A DNA stretch of 64,000 nucleotides from Octopus sinensis (Eukaryota). Below the pieces are notes generated by a model. That model was not told the origin of the DNA, did no database searches, and saw only the letters and a program-made list of their open reading frames with translations. Location: NCBI RefSeq assembly GCF_006345805.1, contig NW_021832604.1:1-64000 (forward strand). The letters are read 5' to 3'. The number at the start of each line of letters is the position of its first letter. The first letter of the stretch is position 1. The position numbers were made by a program, and so were the translations under genes. Shown one piece after another: positions 13,530 to 26,458 of this stretch.

Positions 13530-15017
13530 TTAACGAGACATCAACACCGATTTTTTATCATCATTTGAAAATTTTACATAAACATGAATTTCGTTGAACA
13601 GTATTTTTAGTATTTCGCAAGTATCGGAATATTTGGATTCAAATTTATTCAACATTAAAGCTGGATTCGTCCCATAATCCTTTGTAATCCAAGCCTTATT
13701 TATCATCACTACAAATCGGATGTATTTCAAAATTAAAGAAAATGTTTTTTCGGACGATTCTAAGATTACTTAAAATATGTCACTTTCTACGCATTCGATT
13801 ATCGGCAACAGATTTGTTCCTAAAATTCCTGATAATGCTTGAATAGGGTATCTGAAAATGAGGGCATCGTTATATTTTAGCAATGGACTGAATATTCAAG
13901 AATTAAGACTCATTCATTTACATTAGGATACTTCAATTGATTAAAGAGCTCAACTATTTCCTACAAAATAATATATTGTCGTAATTTTTGAATTCTGTCC
14001 CATTGTCCAATTGTAGAATTTGACAGGAATCATTGAGATAAAAAGGGACTCGAATTTTTTTGAAACCTCGACTTCTGACTTATTCATTAGTGCCCTAGCA
14101 AAAGCAAAACTAGGATAATTATAATCATAAAACAGATAACGGATAGAATCCATTTGGATCCTCCGTTAACGTTTTTAAACCTTTTCAGATAAATAAAGTC
14201 ATTTTGAAACCACTCATTCGGTGCAGAAGCAAAAATATGATTCGTTTTGTAAAATCTTTTTCGAATCATTTTCAAGCTAATGAATCTCATCAAGTAGGAC
14301 AAAAATATGTTGAGTGCTAACTAATAGTATTCATTTTTGTATCATAAATAGATACAAGACATTAACATTTTTAGAGAACAGGGACAATAGTCAATTCAAA
14401 CCAACGGCCATTCAACAGAAGGACAGTCGATGTAATCGTCAAAGTCCAAAAAGTCATGAAAAGATTGATTATCAATAATATTAAGCCACACATTCTCAAT
14501 TTCGTCAGAAAAATCCTCGCTAAAATAAGCAGAGAAGTATACCCAACACTCTTGAGCAGCTCACCGTTCGGTTTCAAGTCATATATACCCACTTGCAAGT
14601 TTCTAGTGAATCTTACCTGGAATATAGAAAATTCCATTACCTGGACATACAGACTTATATTTAGTTTCTTCATTAGTTTAAGCGAGGATGGGAGTATTCT
14701 GATAATATATAATTGAATATTACATTCGAGGATCAGAAAAACTAATCTTTTCATAATATCCAGTTATTTGGTAGTCGTTGTCATCACAAAATTGCTCCAA
14801 CTTGTATTAATAATATATATTTAACTTTTTTCAAACACATTTCCATAGTCGGGGACAATGTCAAATTGAGATGTAGAACGGGGACACTCCCAATGACCGT
14901 TTCGGGGGAATTCTTTTTTGATATAAGAAATCCGTTTATGTCATTTTTTGTAAATTTAGCCACGTGAGTGCATATATTTGTCCAGTTGAATGAACAAAAG
15001 TTATAATCACCTAACAT
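13530..15017 (-). CDS. Unidentified multi-exon gene (lineage-specific?), paralogous to 24960-25800
   Basis: Several minus-strand open frames; 14130-14260 aligns by eye with 25190-25300. Confidence 0.4.
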
Positions 15018-15299
15018 GCTATCGTGTTTATTACTTTAAAAATATTTTAGGATTAAATTTACTAATATTTTTATTTTACTTACTTCTATCTTGCAGGTCT
15101 GAAAAGTTTGGACGCAATTATTCATGGAACAACTACCGACTGATCCTCTTCCCGACTGAATGCAAGCACTATTGCACGGGATTTGCACCACATGTGGATC
15201 ATCTTAGAAAACTACATCGCTATTGAAAAATCAACGATCAGATGTGTCTTACAGGTCAAACTAAACCAACATAAGCCCTGAGCTTCTAAAATATGGACC

Positions 15300-16070
15300 A
15301 AAAAACGACACAAATGCAAAAATCCTATATGACATTTTTTGATACCAACACCGATCTAGGACTTGGAAATGGACAATTAATACTCATACAAAACCGAACA
15401 AATCAAAAGGATCAGTAGAAAATCTTTGCCCGATAATACTTTTGAATTCGATACGCAAGGTGCTGGCAAACACGGATAAAGGGAGTGACAGATCTATCAA
15501 AATGGGTACTGAAAAGGGAGGTCTACGGCATTGGAGCCACAGATGTCGCTGGGCAACGACCGTGTTGGGAATAGATCTCTCCAGAGCTTTCTAACAGACC
15601 AAAGCTGATGAATGTGCTTAAGCAAATAAATTGACGGTTAGGATAATCAGACTACTACTTGAGAACAAAGACTATTTTCTATGACAGAAAGAGCAACTTC
15701 CCGCAGTTTCAAAACAACGATTGGGACACTCCAGGGTGACTCCATTCAATCTGCACTCCGCGACCTCCCTAAATGCTATATAGGAGACATAGAAGAGGCA
15801 TCTTATGATGTGGATTTTGTGTCCGCACTCCAACACCTACTAGAAAATGCACCTGCGAAGCTTGGAAAATGGTTTCAAAATCGAAACTACGGAAATGAGA
15901 AGACAAGTCGATATTACTCATGAAAGATCTGATCATACTGTCAACGCTGGGACATGAGGAAGTTCTCTCAACGAAGTATTGAAACTGAATTCGTTCCATA
16001 TAAGGCAACTAAGAAGCTTAGTAGGAATTGAGAGGTCACGAAGAATATCAACCACTGGTATTTACAACAA
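15300..16070 (+). mobile_element. Degenerate non-LTR reverse transcriptase remnant
   Basis: LGIDLSRAF (about 15565-15590) and GTLQGDS (about 15723-15742) RT motifs with stops and frameshifts. Confidence 0.6.
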
Positions 16071-16204
16071 GTGTTCATTTAGGTATCAAAAATCGATGTC
16101 ACATACTTGAAGAATTGATTAAATCATTAAATGTTAATCCAATAAAGCAACAAAGGACAAGAATAAGTAGCAAATGAAAAAAGTAGCATAATTAGTACTA
16201 ATGA

Positions 16205-17183
16205 TTAGTTAAAGGCGTTTCGATTAACTGCCACTTGTGTTATGAAGGACGAATGGTTAGCATAAATGTCCATTCCAGGCACAAAGTCCATCCATTGGAC
16301 ACCCACTGCGTCATCCCCTGACAAATGCGTCATCCTCTATCACAACCATGATGGAGATTCAGCTGGGCGATAGGAGAGTTCCACTCGTCCGCATGATAGT
16401 TCACGGCCACTGTCTCTATCCAAGAATTGTCCGTGTTTCTGGGGTCATCCACATATCCTCGATAAATCTGGGTATCAGTGCTTTGGTAAAATATGCCTCC
16501 ACCCCATTCTGGAGTGACTCTTCGATAACTTTGTGGTTCATTTCAATGTTGGCAGCCTCCTCACAAAACTCTCGTTTTAAAGTGCAGGAAACTTGTTCGC
16601 CAGGATCGACCATTCCCTTAAATAGTTAATTAAGTGGAACCCCAGGGAGAGCCCAGGCCCCGCAGTCTCTCCTAATGATTGCCACGAATTGTAGAATGGG
16701 GAGACCCGAGTCATTATCAACAAGTACTTCATAATTCGAATCCCTTTTCCATCTGACTAAATGTTTAATATTTCCCGATTGGAACCGTGTCACGATTGGG
16801 TCGGCAGCATGATTTGGTCCCCATCTCCCCAGTCTTCCCCTCCCTACCAATCCTGTCCTCCCAACCGGATTACTACCACTACTACACACAATTTACAGAG
16901 GAATGTTATTTTCGGTCACATCAAAAGGACCCATATGACTAACTCGGTTAATTGACTTTTCTAGTGTGTTGAATACTATATTGGAAGTATCTCTGTGTTT
17001 TTATGACCACAAGAATAACTCTGTGTCGGCCCAGGGAGGATTGTCCTCCAATATGTGGGGGGATGTGTAGTATGGAGGATTGTACTCCGGCAATGACACA
17101 TTCCATTGAGCTGTAGCCCTGTCCAATGGAAAGCGAGAAATAAGTGAGCCCGGATATCGACAAGTGAGGCAGCGATAATGCAT
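16205..17183 (-). CDS. NUDT9: ADP-ribose pyrophosphatase
   Basis: YPGS...YNPPYYT...[37 protein letters not shown]|[34 protein letters not shown]. Confidence 0.93.
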
Positions 17184-17262
17184 AGCAATAATTGTATACT
17201 TGACAATAAGTAATTTTATTAGAAATTATTGAGATTACTATTAATAATTAAATTTGTATTAG

Positions 17263-18118
17263 TCATCGTGAGGCATAGACGGAATATCCCTTATGAAGAA
17301 TGAGCCCCCTCGAAGGAATGATGGCGCTGTGTCGCATGAGGACTTTGATCCCCCAATTACTTTTGGCCACCGGGAGATTACCCTCTAATTCACCAACAAC
17401 CAGCGGAACTAATCATAATAAAGAAAACATTACATTTCGGGTCGTGATGAGTCAATATTTTAATATTATTATTTTTGCAAAAAGTAGTCAGTTCGGCAGG
17501 AATGACACAACAGTCATCAAAGTTGGATTGGACGACGCAGGGCTTGACCGCAGCACGTTCGAACAACTGAACGAGCAAAGCAAAGTCCATATCAGCAACC
17601 CCCAACGAGTTGGCCACACCACACAACTCAAGTTCTCTCCAATGTGCCATGAATGTTTCACTGATGACATTTTTATCCCCCGAATATGAGAGAATGACCC
17701 TGTTGAGGCACCCCACTCCGAGAACCCCCCTCACTGCAATATCAACGAGGAGTACATCTATTCAATTCTCCACTCAAAATGGCCTCAGTTTCCAACTCGT
17801 TGACGAACAATTTAACTGACTGTTTATTTTAGTGTGTACCAGTTATTTCCATATCTCGGGGGTGGTCATCACTGAGGACATACCCATCTCCCAAATAAAG
17901 GGTCTCTTCGCTCTATAAACAACAAAATGGTCAATTTACGGAAAAAGGATCAATCATGTCTAAATGTGTACGAATGGAGGACAGCAGAGAGTCGGTGACC
18001 TGATTTATTTAGCAGTGGATGCCCACCTCCTCTATAAACATGTTTACTTTGTTGGTCTTGTGATAGTTTCTCTTTATTATGTTGACTCCATCGATTGTTA
18101 ACTTTGAAAAGTTTTCAT
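17263..18118 (-). CDS. GCLM: Glutamate-cysteine ligase modifier subunit
   Basis: ITVKLF, LGVGCLNRVILS, WRELE, LGVADMD, VQSNFDDCCVIPAELTTFCKNNNIKILTHHDP, RHSAIIPSRGLILHKGY. Confidence 0.9.
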
Positions 18119-18361
18119 TTATAAAACACTGAGTGTCCATAACCGCATCAACCAGTTCACATTCCATTAATAGTAATTTTATTTCATTTTTAATAACTAA
18201 AAATATATTTTTTGCCCTACAAATAACTTTTTGTTACGGCCTACAAAATCTGGTCAATTCAATCAACCTTTTAGTTTTACAAATAAAATAAACTAATTTT
18301 CAGTCAATAAATAACTCATCCAAATAAATCTATATTTAAAAACAATATTAAAAATGTGTGA

Positions 18362-18912
18362 TTAAAGGATAGGCGCATTCCCCGAAAGCAATTCGACAAA
18401 CTAGAGTAAAGAAATGAGTGCAACCTTCGTGCAAATGGGCATCCTGGCCAGGGCTCCGATCAGGGGGACTCGGGAAACATATCCCAGCACCACGGGGAAA
18501 AACCCTCTACAAAATACGTCCGAAAATACCTCAACAACATGACCAGGCCGTACAATTCGATTACAATTCCAATCAATTTCCAATTTAAAAAAATACAAAA
18601 AATTCCGAATAGAAATGCAGCTGTGGATGTAAGTTTATTTCGTTGGAAAAAAAATCGGAAGGATCCTTCGAATCCAATAATCAAAACAATCCCCGAAACA
18701 ATCAACACCTGTAATGTGACTAAACATTGCTCTAAACATTGCCCATGGTGAGAAGGCCTCGATTGAGAAACAAAAAAAGGCCCAAAGAGAGTGAAATCAG
18801 TCCAAAACTCACCAGCCAGATTCCTATTTCTGAAAAGTATTATTTAAAATAAAGTTGATGATTTATAAGTATTCTTTTTTGTAATACTTTGAGTGTCACT
18901 TAAACCAAGCAT
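18362..18912 (-). CDS. GOLT1: Vesicle transport protein Got1/GOLT1
   Basis: MLGLSDTQK|IGIWLVSFG, LLTMGN, GFEGSFRFFFQRNKL, IGIVIELYG, GFFPVVLGYVSRVPLIG. Confidence 0.9.
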
Positions 18913-19466
18913 TTCGGAAGGACGTAATTCAAATTTAATATAATTAATTAATGTTTATTATATAAAAAAAATATTATATTTCTCACCATTTAACTAAAAA
19001 TTAATATACTATGATTCTGTCTCGAAGGCACCCAATGCTAAAAAGGTACGACTTGCCCTTTGCACGGAAAACAGGACCTATTCTAGTCCCCATCAGGGAT
19101 TCCTGCACTTTACGTTAGGCTCAATTTTTTAGATTAAAAAATTCCTTTACGCTCGCGAATTGTATTGGAGTATAGGCAGGACAAATATTGACGCACTTTG
19201 ACAGCTGTTGGAATGTATTCGTATTGACGTTCTCATTGTTCCGTTTTGTGAATACAATCAACTGGACTTTTGTTAGTTTCCATGGAATATTCAAACTTGA
19301 TCATTCATGCTAGGTTTCGTCGTGTAGAGCTCTCTTGAGGCTTTATTTGTAATGACCTTGAATATTAAGATTATTTTGTTAAAAAGAAATGATCAATTAT
19401 TTAAAAATTAATATAAAACATAATTTTAAAGTCACTTATGATCATCTTGAAAATTCCATTTATTCC

Positions 19467-22400
19467 TTAACTTAAAAATGTGTCTTCCTTCAAGGATTCC
19501 AACGAAGCTCGAAAATTGGGATTTTTTGCTTCAGGAACAAGTTCAATTTCATTTGTCAGCTAAAATAAAAATATCAGCCAAACCAAGGAAGCGTGGAAGA
19601 TTTTATTCCCCAACAACTCCAAAACCACCGTTCCCACTCCCCAGACGTCAATCTGTCGATATTCAAAAAACATAACCTTTTTAGAAAAGTGATGATATCA
19701 TTTTTCCAGATTTCCGGAGCAATTGCAGGATATTCATCACAGTAAATTACTTGTTTCTACTATTATTATTATAGCACTTTTCACGAAAGCCATAATGTTT
19801 ATAGCCCCGCATGTGCAACACAGTGAGATTCGAACCCAGGAACTTAAGAAAGCTACCAAGTATGTCAAGCACTGTACCATCAAGGCCCCTACGTTCAAAA
19901 ATACAGAAATATCAAAAATCTCAATTTTGATTTGTGTATTTAAAAGAAAGACTGTCTCTGCAGAAATATAGTAATGAATGAAATCACGAGAATGCTAAGA
20001 TACACACTTTGGCACAAAATACCCAAAAAATGAGAGCATTGATCAGCTGTTCGACATAATTGATCACTTCAAAGCATTTAAATTCACTAACCGTCATGCA
20101 TTCCCTCAAAGAATTCACTTTACCCATTATTCTGAGAAACATACTTTTAAACCCACTAAAGGCGACCGAAACGAAAACATCGTTAATCGAAACTCCATAA
20201 TAACCAAAGATATGCTGGTGAACAATATTCCTGCTGTGTACAAGATTTATTAGCGAATGGAGATCATTGGCCTCACTAACACAATGCTCAAAGATAAAAC
20301 TTGAAATCGACGCAGCGAATGATCTTCAATGTTCCCTTTTCGCTTTGAAATATTTGAATGCCAAACGAGGAATTTTTCGAAATGGACGAAAAGTCAATAG
20401 GTGAAAAAACAAAGTCCTAAACTCAGTCTTTGATAATTAAAACGGTGTCGAAAAACGATTTTTGAACGTTAAGATTTTGTGAATGAGTTGCACTCCAATC
20501 AATGATGCTTCCAAGTGAACAGATATTACTTGACCTTTCTGCCTTCGAAGAGGTCAGAAAAGTCAGAGTCTTGTCACCTGTTATCGAGGAAATCTTGACT
20601 GTGTTGTCATTCAACCTAAAATTCTCTGAATTAAAAATAACGTGAATTTTGCTTGCTCTAGAACAGAGGTTTCCAAATGGGGAGGCGCGCCTCCCTAGGG
20701 AGGCGTTGACTCGTGTCAAGGGAGGCGCGAAAAGTATTTCAGAAACATTTTTTAGAAAATTATATCTATGTAAAAAACGTGACTATATTCCGATAATAAG
20801 AGTTATTAATTTAAAAATTATATTTTTTCAAAAATTTATTTAATTTATTAGACAATTAAATAATTTTAACACATGAATAAATTCTTGAGTGGTTGCAAAA
20901 GAAAATTCACGAATAATAAAGATTTTGACGATGGTTCAAAAAATCAAAATGATTGGAATATAATCAATACCACTCCAAAGACAAGAAAATACTTTCCATC
21001 TTACTTATTGTTAGGAAACACCTTTTGCGCCATAGTGAACATTGAAGCAAACAAAGACATATTTGCTGAACATTTGGATTGTTTGTTGAAGCATTTTGCT
21101 CACTATTTTAAAGATCTCGACTGTAAAATGTTCGAATGGATACAGAATCCATTATTGATGAAGAAGATAATCAATTTGCATTGACAACTTTTGAAAAAGA
21201 AAAATTGATAGAATTGTCATGCGATACATTATTGAAACAAAAATTTGAGAGAGAACCGCTAATTTCTTTTTGGTTGAATGTAAGAACGGAATATGAAATT
21301 TTGTCGAATAAAGCAATGAAAGTTTTGTTGCCATTTGCTACTTCATATTTATGCGAAACTGGATTTTCTGCACTAGCTGCAATTAAATCTAAATATCGAA
21401 CTCGTTTAGTAGTGACTAATGAGCTAAGAGTAGCACTCTCTGCGATGACACCAAGATTTGAAAAACTTTGCGCCAAGATGGAAAAAAAATTATCTCATTA
21501 ACTTTTTGTTTTAAAAAATTGTTTTTGATAAAATAATAATTGTATTATATTATGGAATATAAAGGGAGGCGCAAGATTGTACTTTTTCTCTAAGGGAGGC
21601 GCGTAAAAAAAAGCTTGGAAACCTCTGCTCTAGAAGGTGATAACTCTCTACCGTTTCAAACACAACACTCTAAAAATGTGATAAGATAATCAGACCAGAT
21701 GGTTGTCTTCGGAAACTGGGGTCACTTTGCAAATGGACCTTCTCATTCCGTGAGTGCCTTGATATGTAAAAATCAAATATCACATATATCGAGCACACGT
21801 CCATGATGTAGTTCGAAGAAAGTTCTCTATACTATCTGGGCGAACTAAAACTAGATATATCCACATTACCGAATTGTTGAAAATTGAGCGATCCGCAATT
21901 CCCAAATCACCACTGAACCGAGTCAATACCATAATGTTCCTCAAAAGGGAAGACAATTTCCTAAAATGAATTGACAAAGTTAACTTCTCCGAAGGTCTGT
22001 ATTCAACGATGAGACTCAAGTGAGACTCGATTTTACGGAACTCGCCAATGATGCAGAATAGTACTACGAGAGTGGATGCACTCCAATATTCATCATTTCG
22101 ACCACTCACAGCCCGGTCCTTGACCAAAGCAACTGAGATAATCCCAAACAAAAACCCAATTCCTTCTTATCCTTAGTAGAAAAGTCCTCTCCGAGAGCGT
22201 AAGCAAAGGTTAGCACATTTATAGGGTTTACTATGTCGTACTGGTCCTCACTCAGAGCCTGGGCTGTCTCGTACCTGCATAGTCAGCGAATTTGTCACCA
22301 TTTTTTGCATAGAAGAGCGTGGTCCGTGTTTTCGGATTTGAGGTATTTATTATTCAGTCCACGTGCAAGAAGAGTGTAAATTTCAGGAGATTGACGAATT

Positions 22401-22737
22401 GGGCATGTCTTTAAAGCCTAACTATCAAACCACCGGGTTTTACATTCTTGAGAATATCTATTCCAAGATCCAGGTCCTTGTCCAAATTTCTCCTAAAAAT
22501 TACCAAAAGTTGTACAGACTCGAATAAGGCAAAGACATAAATGAGTTGTATATTCAGACTAGCAGTTACTTGCTTATTTGACATATTTTCAACGTAAAAA
22601 AATAATCTTTTCATGTTCTTATCAACTTAAAAACAAGTTGAACAACCCCGGCCTCCTCCAAAGTCATAATTTTTCTATATAGTTATTTGACAGTATTTTT
22701 ATATCCTGAAAATAACAATTGTGCAAGTTCATACCAT
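19467..22737 (-). CDS. ASK1/MAP3K5-like TPR-PH-pseudokinase, interrupted by a hAT element
   Basis: IYVFAL|RRNLDKDLDLGIDIL, INVLTFAYALGEDF, EYWSAS, SEKL match the ASK1 TPR region; kinase subdomains present (APEIW, IDVWGVGTVVLELL, RASLESLKEDTFL) but HRD region reads HYYISAET; frame continuous through micro-introns except the insertion at 20664-21627. Confidence 0.75.
19814..19886 (-). pseudogene. Degenerate tRNA-like sequence (pseudo-tRNA or SINE head) in an intron
   Basis: A-box-like TGGTACAGTG and B-box GGTTCGAATC at tRNA spacing; acceptor stem does not pair; lies in the 136-nt intron 19757-19892. Confidence 0.5.
20664..21627 (+). mobile_element. Buster-type hAT internal-deletion derivative (964 bp)
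   Basis: TIR CAGAGGTTTCCAA; 8-bp TSD ctcTAgaa (20656-20663, 21628-21635); subterminal GGGAGGCGC repeats; dimerisation-domain remnant LLPFATSYLCETGFS...KSKYRTRL. Confidence 0.95.
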
Positions 22738-22892
22738 CGAAGAAAAAGTAATGATAGTGCACTATTCTGACTGAAACGTAACGTGACAAAATTTAAAGTC
22801 ATTACGTTAATATTAATGCGTTAGAATCGTCCTATCATCAATTATCATAAATAGATTGTTTTATTACAATCAGATAATTTAGTTAGTATTAC

Positions 22893-23001
22893 TCGCGATC
22901 CTCGGGAGGTGGACTGGCTATTGCAACGGTTCTCGATCGCCGTTATCCGGGGGAACAGTTTGGCGATCCGCCAGGCCTCTGGCCTTCCCTTCGATTAATC
23001 G
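22893..23001 (+). mobile_element. CRE-like 3' end stub
   Basis: RDPREVDWLLQRFSIAVIRGNSLAIRQASG; similar to 59192-59276 and 57930-57995. Confidence 0.8.
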
Positions 23002-23355
23002 ATATTAAATGATAGATTAAAATTTGGAAAAAATATTTTGACATTATGTTTAGAATTATCCTTGAAAATTAACATAATGAGTAATGCCGATTAGATAAAA
23101 CTGAAAAGTGAATAAGCTGACTTTGAAAAACTGACTAACATTTTGGTTTTTTTTGAGCTTCAATAAAACTCTAAATTTTGATTCCATAAAAAAAACTATT
23201 TAAATTAAAAAACTTTTCATTCTTTACTAACAATTCAGATAGCTGCTGTTTTCATAATTATGATAATTAATTGGATTCTCGTCATAATACAATTTAAGGT
23301 CATATTTTACAAAAATTTTTTTTAATAAAAATTCAAACTAATTGATAAATTCAGA

Positions 23356-23421
23356 GGATCCTGCTGGCTGTCATGCGTGGCAACAGCTGTTCCCTCCGTC
23401 TCGCTGGGAGAATTTATTAGT
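23356..23421 (+). mobile_element. CRE-like 3' end stub
   Basis: ILLAVMRGNSCSLRLAGRIY*, matching the SLAIVRGN terminus. Confidence 0.5.
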
Positions 23422-23961
23422 TTGTTGACTTTACTTAGTAGTTAGAGCAATTAATTTAATAAATATATTATTGATAAATCAGTCAGGTGTTGACAGGCAA
23501 TGATTTATAAGGTCAATGTAATAGGCCATATTAAAGCAATTAATTAAATGCAATTTAATCCTGTCTAGAAATAAATCTTTTTTATCTTTGGAAAATATGC
23601 ATTTTATGAACCCTTAAAGATGCAGTGACGTTCCGTTAAGATGGTCTCATTATCTGAACTTGATTCTTGTAGCATTTGACTCAATTTTTTAGATTAAAAA
23701 AATTCCTTTATGATCTAAATATTTTTTTATTTACTTGAACTTTAAAATATCAGATTTTTGTTAGTTTTATTCTTCGGCGTGATATTAAAGATTTTATTTT
23801 TTTATAATCCGTCTGTACACTCATTTATAATCCGAACCTTTATTGCCCTTATTATTTTTTTGATAACAAGTGTTGTACTTCTGTTGTTGATCCTTGTTAA
23901 TTCTGACAAATATTATTGTTGCAATTATGTATATAAATTTTCACACTAAAAATAGACAAAT

Positions 23962-24601
23962 ATGAAACACAATGTTTTGGTTGGGTGTACGGGAAGTGTG
24001 GCCAGTACCAAGACTCCTCATCTTGTTGAACAGTTGATGGTTAAAGTTCAATCATATTTCCAGAAAATTGCAAACGTAAAACTTGTTGTTACAGAACACG
24101 CGTTGCACTTTTTTTCGAAAGATTCTGTGAAATGCCCAGTCTATCAAGACAGTGACGAATGGGTTGACTATCATTTTTGATACGGCAGAGGTGGGAAATG
24201 ATGGGGGACACTATTCTACATATTGATATCAGGAATTGGGCTACTCTCTTCTTGATTGCTCCACTCGATGCTAACAGTCTCTCAAAAATTAGTCACGGCC
24301 TCTGCGACAATTTACTTGTAGATTAGTATAATCAGTCCAGACCTCCATTGCTCGTTGTTGGCCTCCTGATAAGCCACTTCTCTTTGCGCCTGCCATGAAC
24401 ACGACAATGTGGGACCATCCAGCCACTTCCGAGGCTTTGGAAAAACTGCGGAATTGGGGATATGAGCTCATCCCCTGCATATATAAGCATTTGGCTTGTG
24501 GGGATACTGGTTAGACTTAGTTTTCATCTTCTCCAGGATTTGGGGCAATGGCTGAGGTGGATGACATTTGTAAACAAGTCTCGACTTTTCTTGAACGATG
24601 A
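23962..24601 (+). CDS. PPCDC: Phosphopantothenoylcysteine decarboxylase
   Basis: VLVGCTGSVA, VVTEHALHF, DSDEW, LHIDIRNWA, APLDANSLSKISHGLCDNLL, APAMNTTMWDHP, LACGD. Confidence 0.93.
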
Positions 24602-24959
24602 ATTTTTTTTAAATTTCTTTTAGCATTTTTGTTTTTTTTAAAAAGATTTGACTTTTATTTATCCTCACTTTACTAGTTTTAAAGTCAGTTTCTATTGTCT
24701 GTTTACGTTGAATATCTCATAATTGATTGATAAGTGACTATAGAAAAAACGAATTTTTTTCATCAATTCCAAACAAGATCGATTTGCAATCCGAACCTTA
24801 ATGAGATTAAAAACTAATTTACAACATTATCTTTCAAGGAATAATTGTATTTATGCCAATTCTTCTATTTATCTTTTTTTAGTATTCATCGGATTTATCT
24901 CAAAATCAAAGGATCCGTCTGCTATCCATTCTCGCCATTAGTTAAATAAACACCGTTTA

Positions 24960-25800
24960 TGTATTCAATCATCGTTAAATGATTTTTACAAGAATATGTA
25001 TATTTTCTTGAAAAACTATAATCTTAGATTGTTCAGACTGCTGTAAATCCGTTGAATCTTAAACTTTCCCAGACAATTCGGATTTCGAAATTTTTCAATT
25101 CTGTCCTATTATTGTCAGATTTAGAATCTGGGGACTCGATATTTCTAGAAACTAAAATAATTATAATCATAAAATTGACAATATAAGTCAAAAACAAATA
25201 GGATCCATTTGTATCCTCAGTTAACACTTTAGACCTTTTCAGATCGATGAGGCCAATTTAACATCGCTCATTCGGAATAGAGGCATAAACATGATTAAAC
25301 GCACAATCCCTAATTTGTCACTTTGTTATGGAATGTCTTAAGTCATATAGCGATGCATTAACATTCTCCAAATATCCTTATTTCTAGGTCAATCAAAAAA
25401 ATCAAATTTTAATTTGAGATCAAATAGTAAACTACGAACCATTTTGTCAAAACAGGCCATGTTACCAATAACTTGCTACAAAATTATTCATTTTGCAAAA
25501 AATAAGAAGTCTTTATTGAGATTGAGAATTTATAAAGCAAAATATTCTTATATTTACTGAAGAATTTTGTTCTTCATAAATTAACAAAGTTGACTTAACT
25601 TACAGCTTACCAGTAATACAGGTCCTCAGAGAATTGAGAGAGTATCCGAAGATCTAGCTCCATACTAAATCCAATTTTTATAAATCATTCTATTGGTTTT
25701 GACACTTTACTACGCATTCAACGTCCAAAAATCCCTGAATAACTTCCAAAATATTTACGGTTACATCAATAATTGTTTGTGATTCAACTTGTTACTGACA
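24960..25800 (-). pseudogene. Diverged paralogue of the unidentified gene at 13530-15017
   Basis: Local nucleotide similarity to 14130-14260; stops in the apparent frame. Confidence 0.35.
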
Positions 25801-25825
25801 TTGATAGGAAAATTTCCACGAAAAT

Positions 25826-25900
25826 TAACGACCAAAGAGAGGCGACTGGGTTCCCTAGCGAATTCGGGTCGCTGAGCTCGGGGAAACTGCCGTTGAATAC
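25826..25900 (+). mobile_element. Degenerate CRE-like 3' stub
   Basis: gaccaaagagaggcgactggg...cgaatt...cggggaaactgc resembles the DPRE..W..RI....RGNC coding pattern. Confidence 0.4.
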
Positions 25901-26458
25901 CCAGCGGGGGTCGTTGAGCTGACTTGTAGGCTCTCGACTATCCTTTCAACGACGTCAAAAAATAAGACCATCGGACGTGAGTCACTTAAAACTTTTATTA
26001 AAAATCTGGGCTGCGAAATATTTCCGGTATCCTCGTGAAATTCGATGAGAAATGAGGAAATGGATTTAGTGACTTGTGTATTGAAATGGATTTAATTACA
26101 ATTTAAGACCCAAATACATGGGAGACCCAAAAATCCCTAAAGTCAAAGGATTGTTTAGAAATTTAACCAGACGACTCAAGAAGCTTTTCAAAAATGAAAA
26201 ATTGTATAATAAAAATAAATTGATGAAATACATTGAAGAGGCTATCTATATAAAACGAAAAGCCTCCTCATCAATAAGTAGGCTGTTTCTTAAATATTTC
26301 TTAGGAGTTAGTCAATCCAGGGTATTGCTGGATTCCAGAATTTAATAATGTACTAGTAGAAAAAGACAGCATTGAACAAGAAATTCTAACAATGTCTCAC
26401 AATTTATTTACCCGCGACAAAATATGACCAAAATGTTGAATTTGGAAAAATGCAAAGA

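Noticed and set aside
25820-25960. Ribozyme or SRP-like RNA
   Set aside because: Better explained as a degenerate CRE 3' coding stub.
26118-26345. Penelope/GIY-YIG-like peptide (PKVKGL...KYIEEAIYIK)
   Set aside because: Too short and no catalytic GIY-YIG motif visible.
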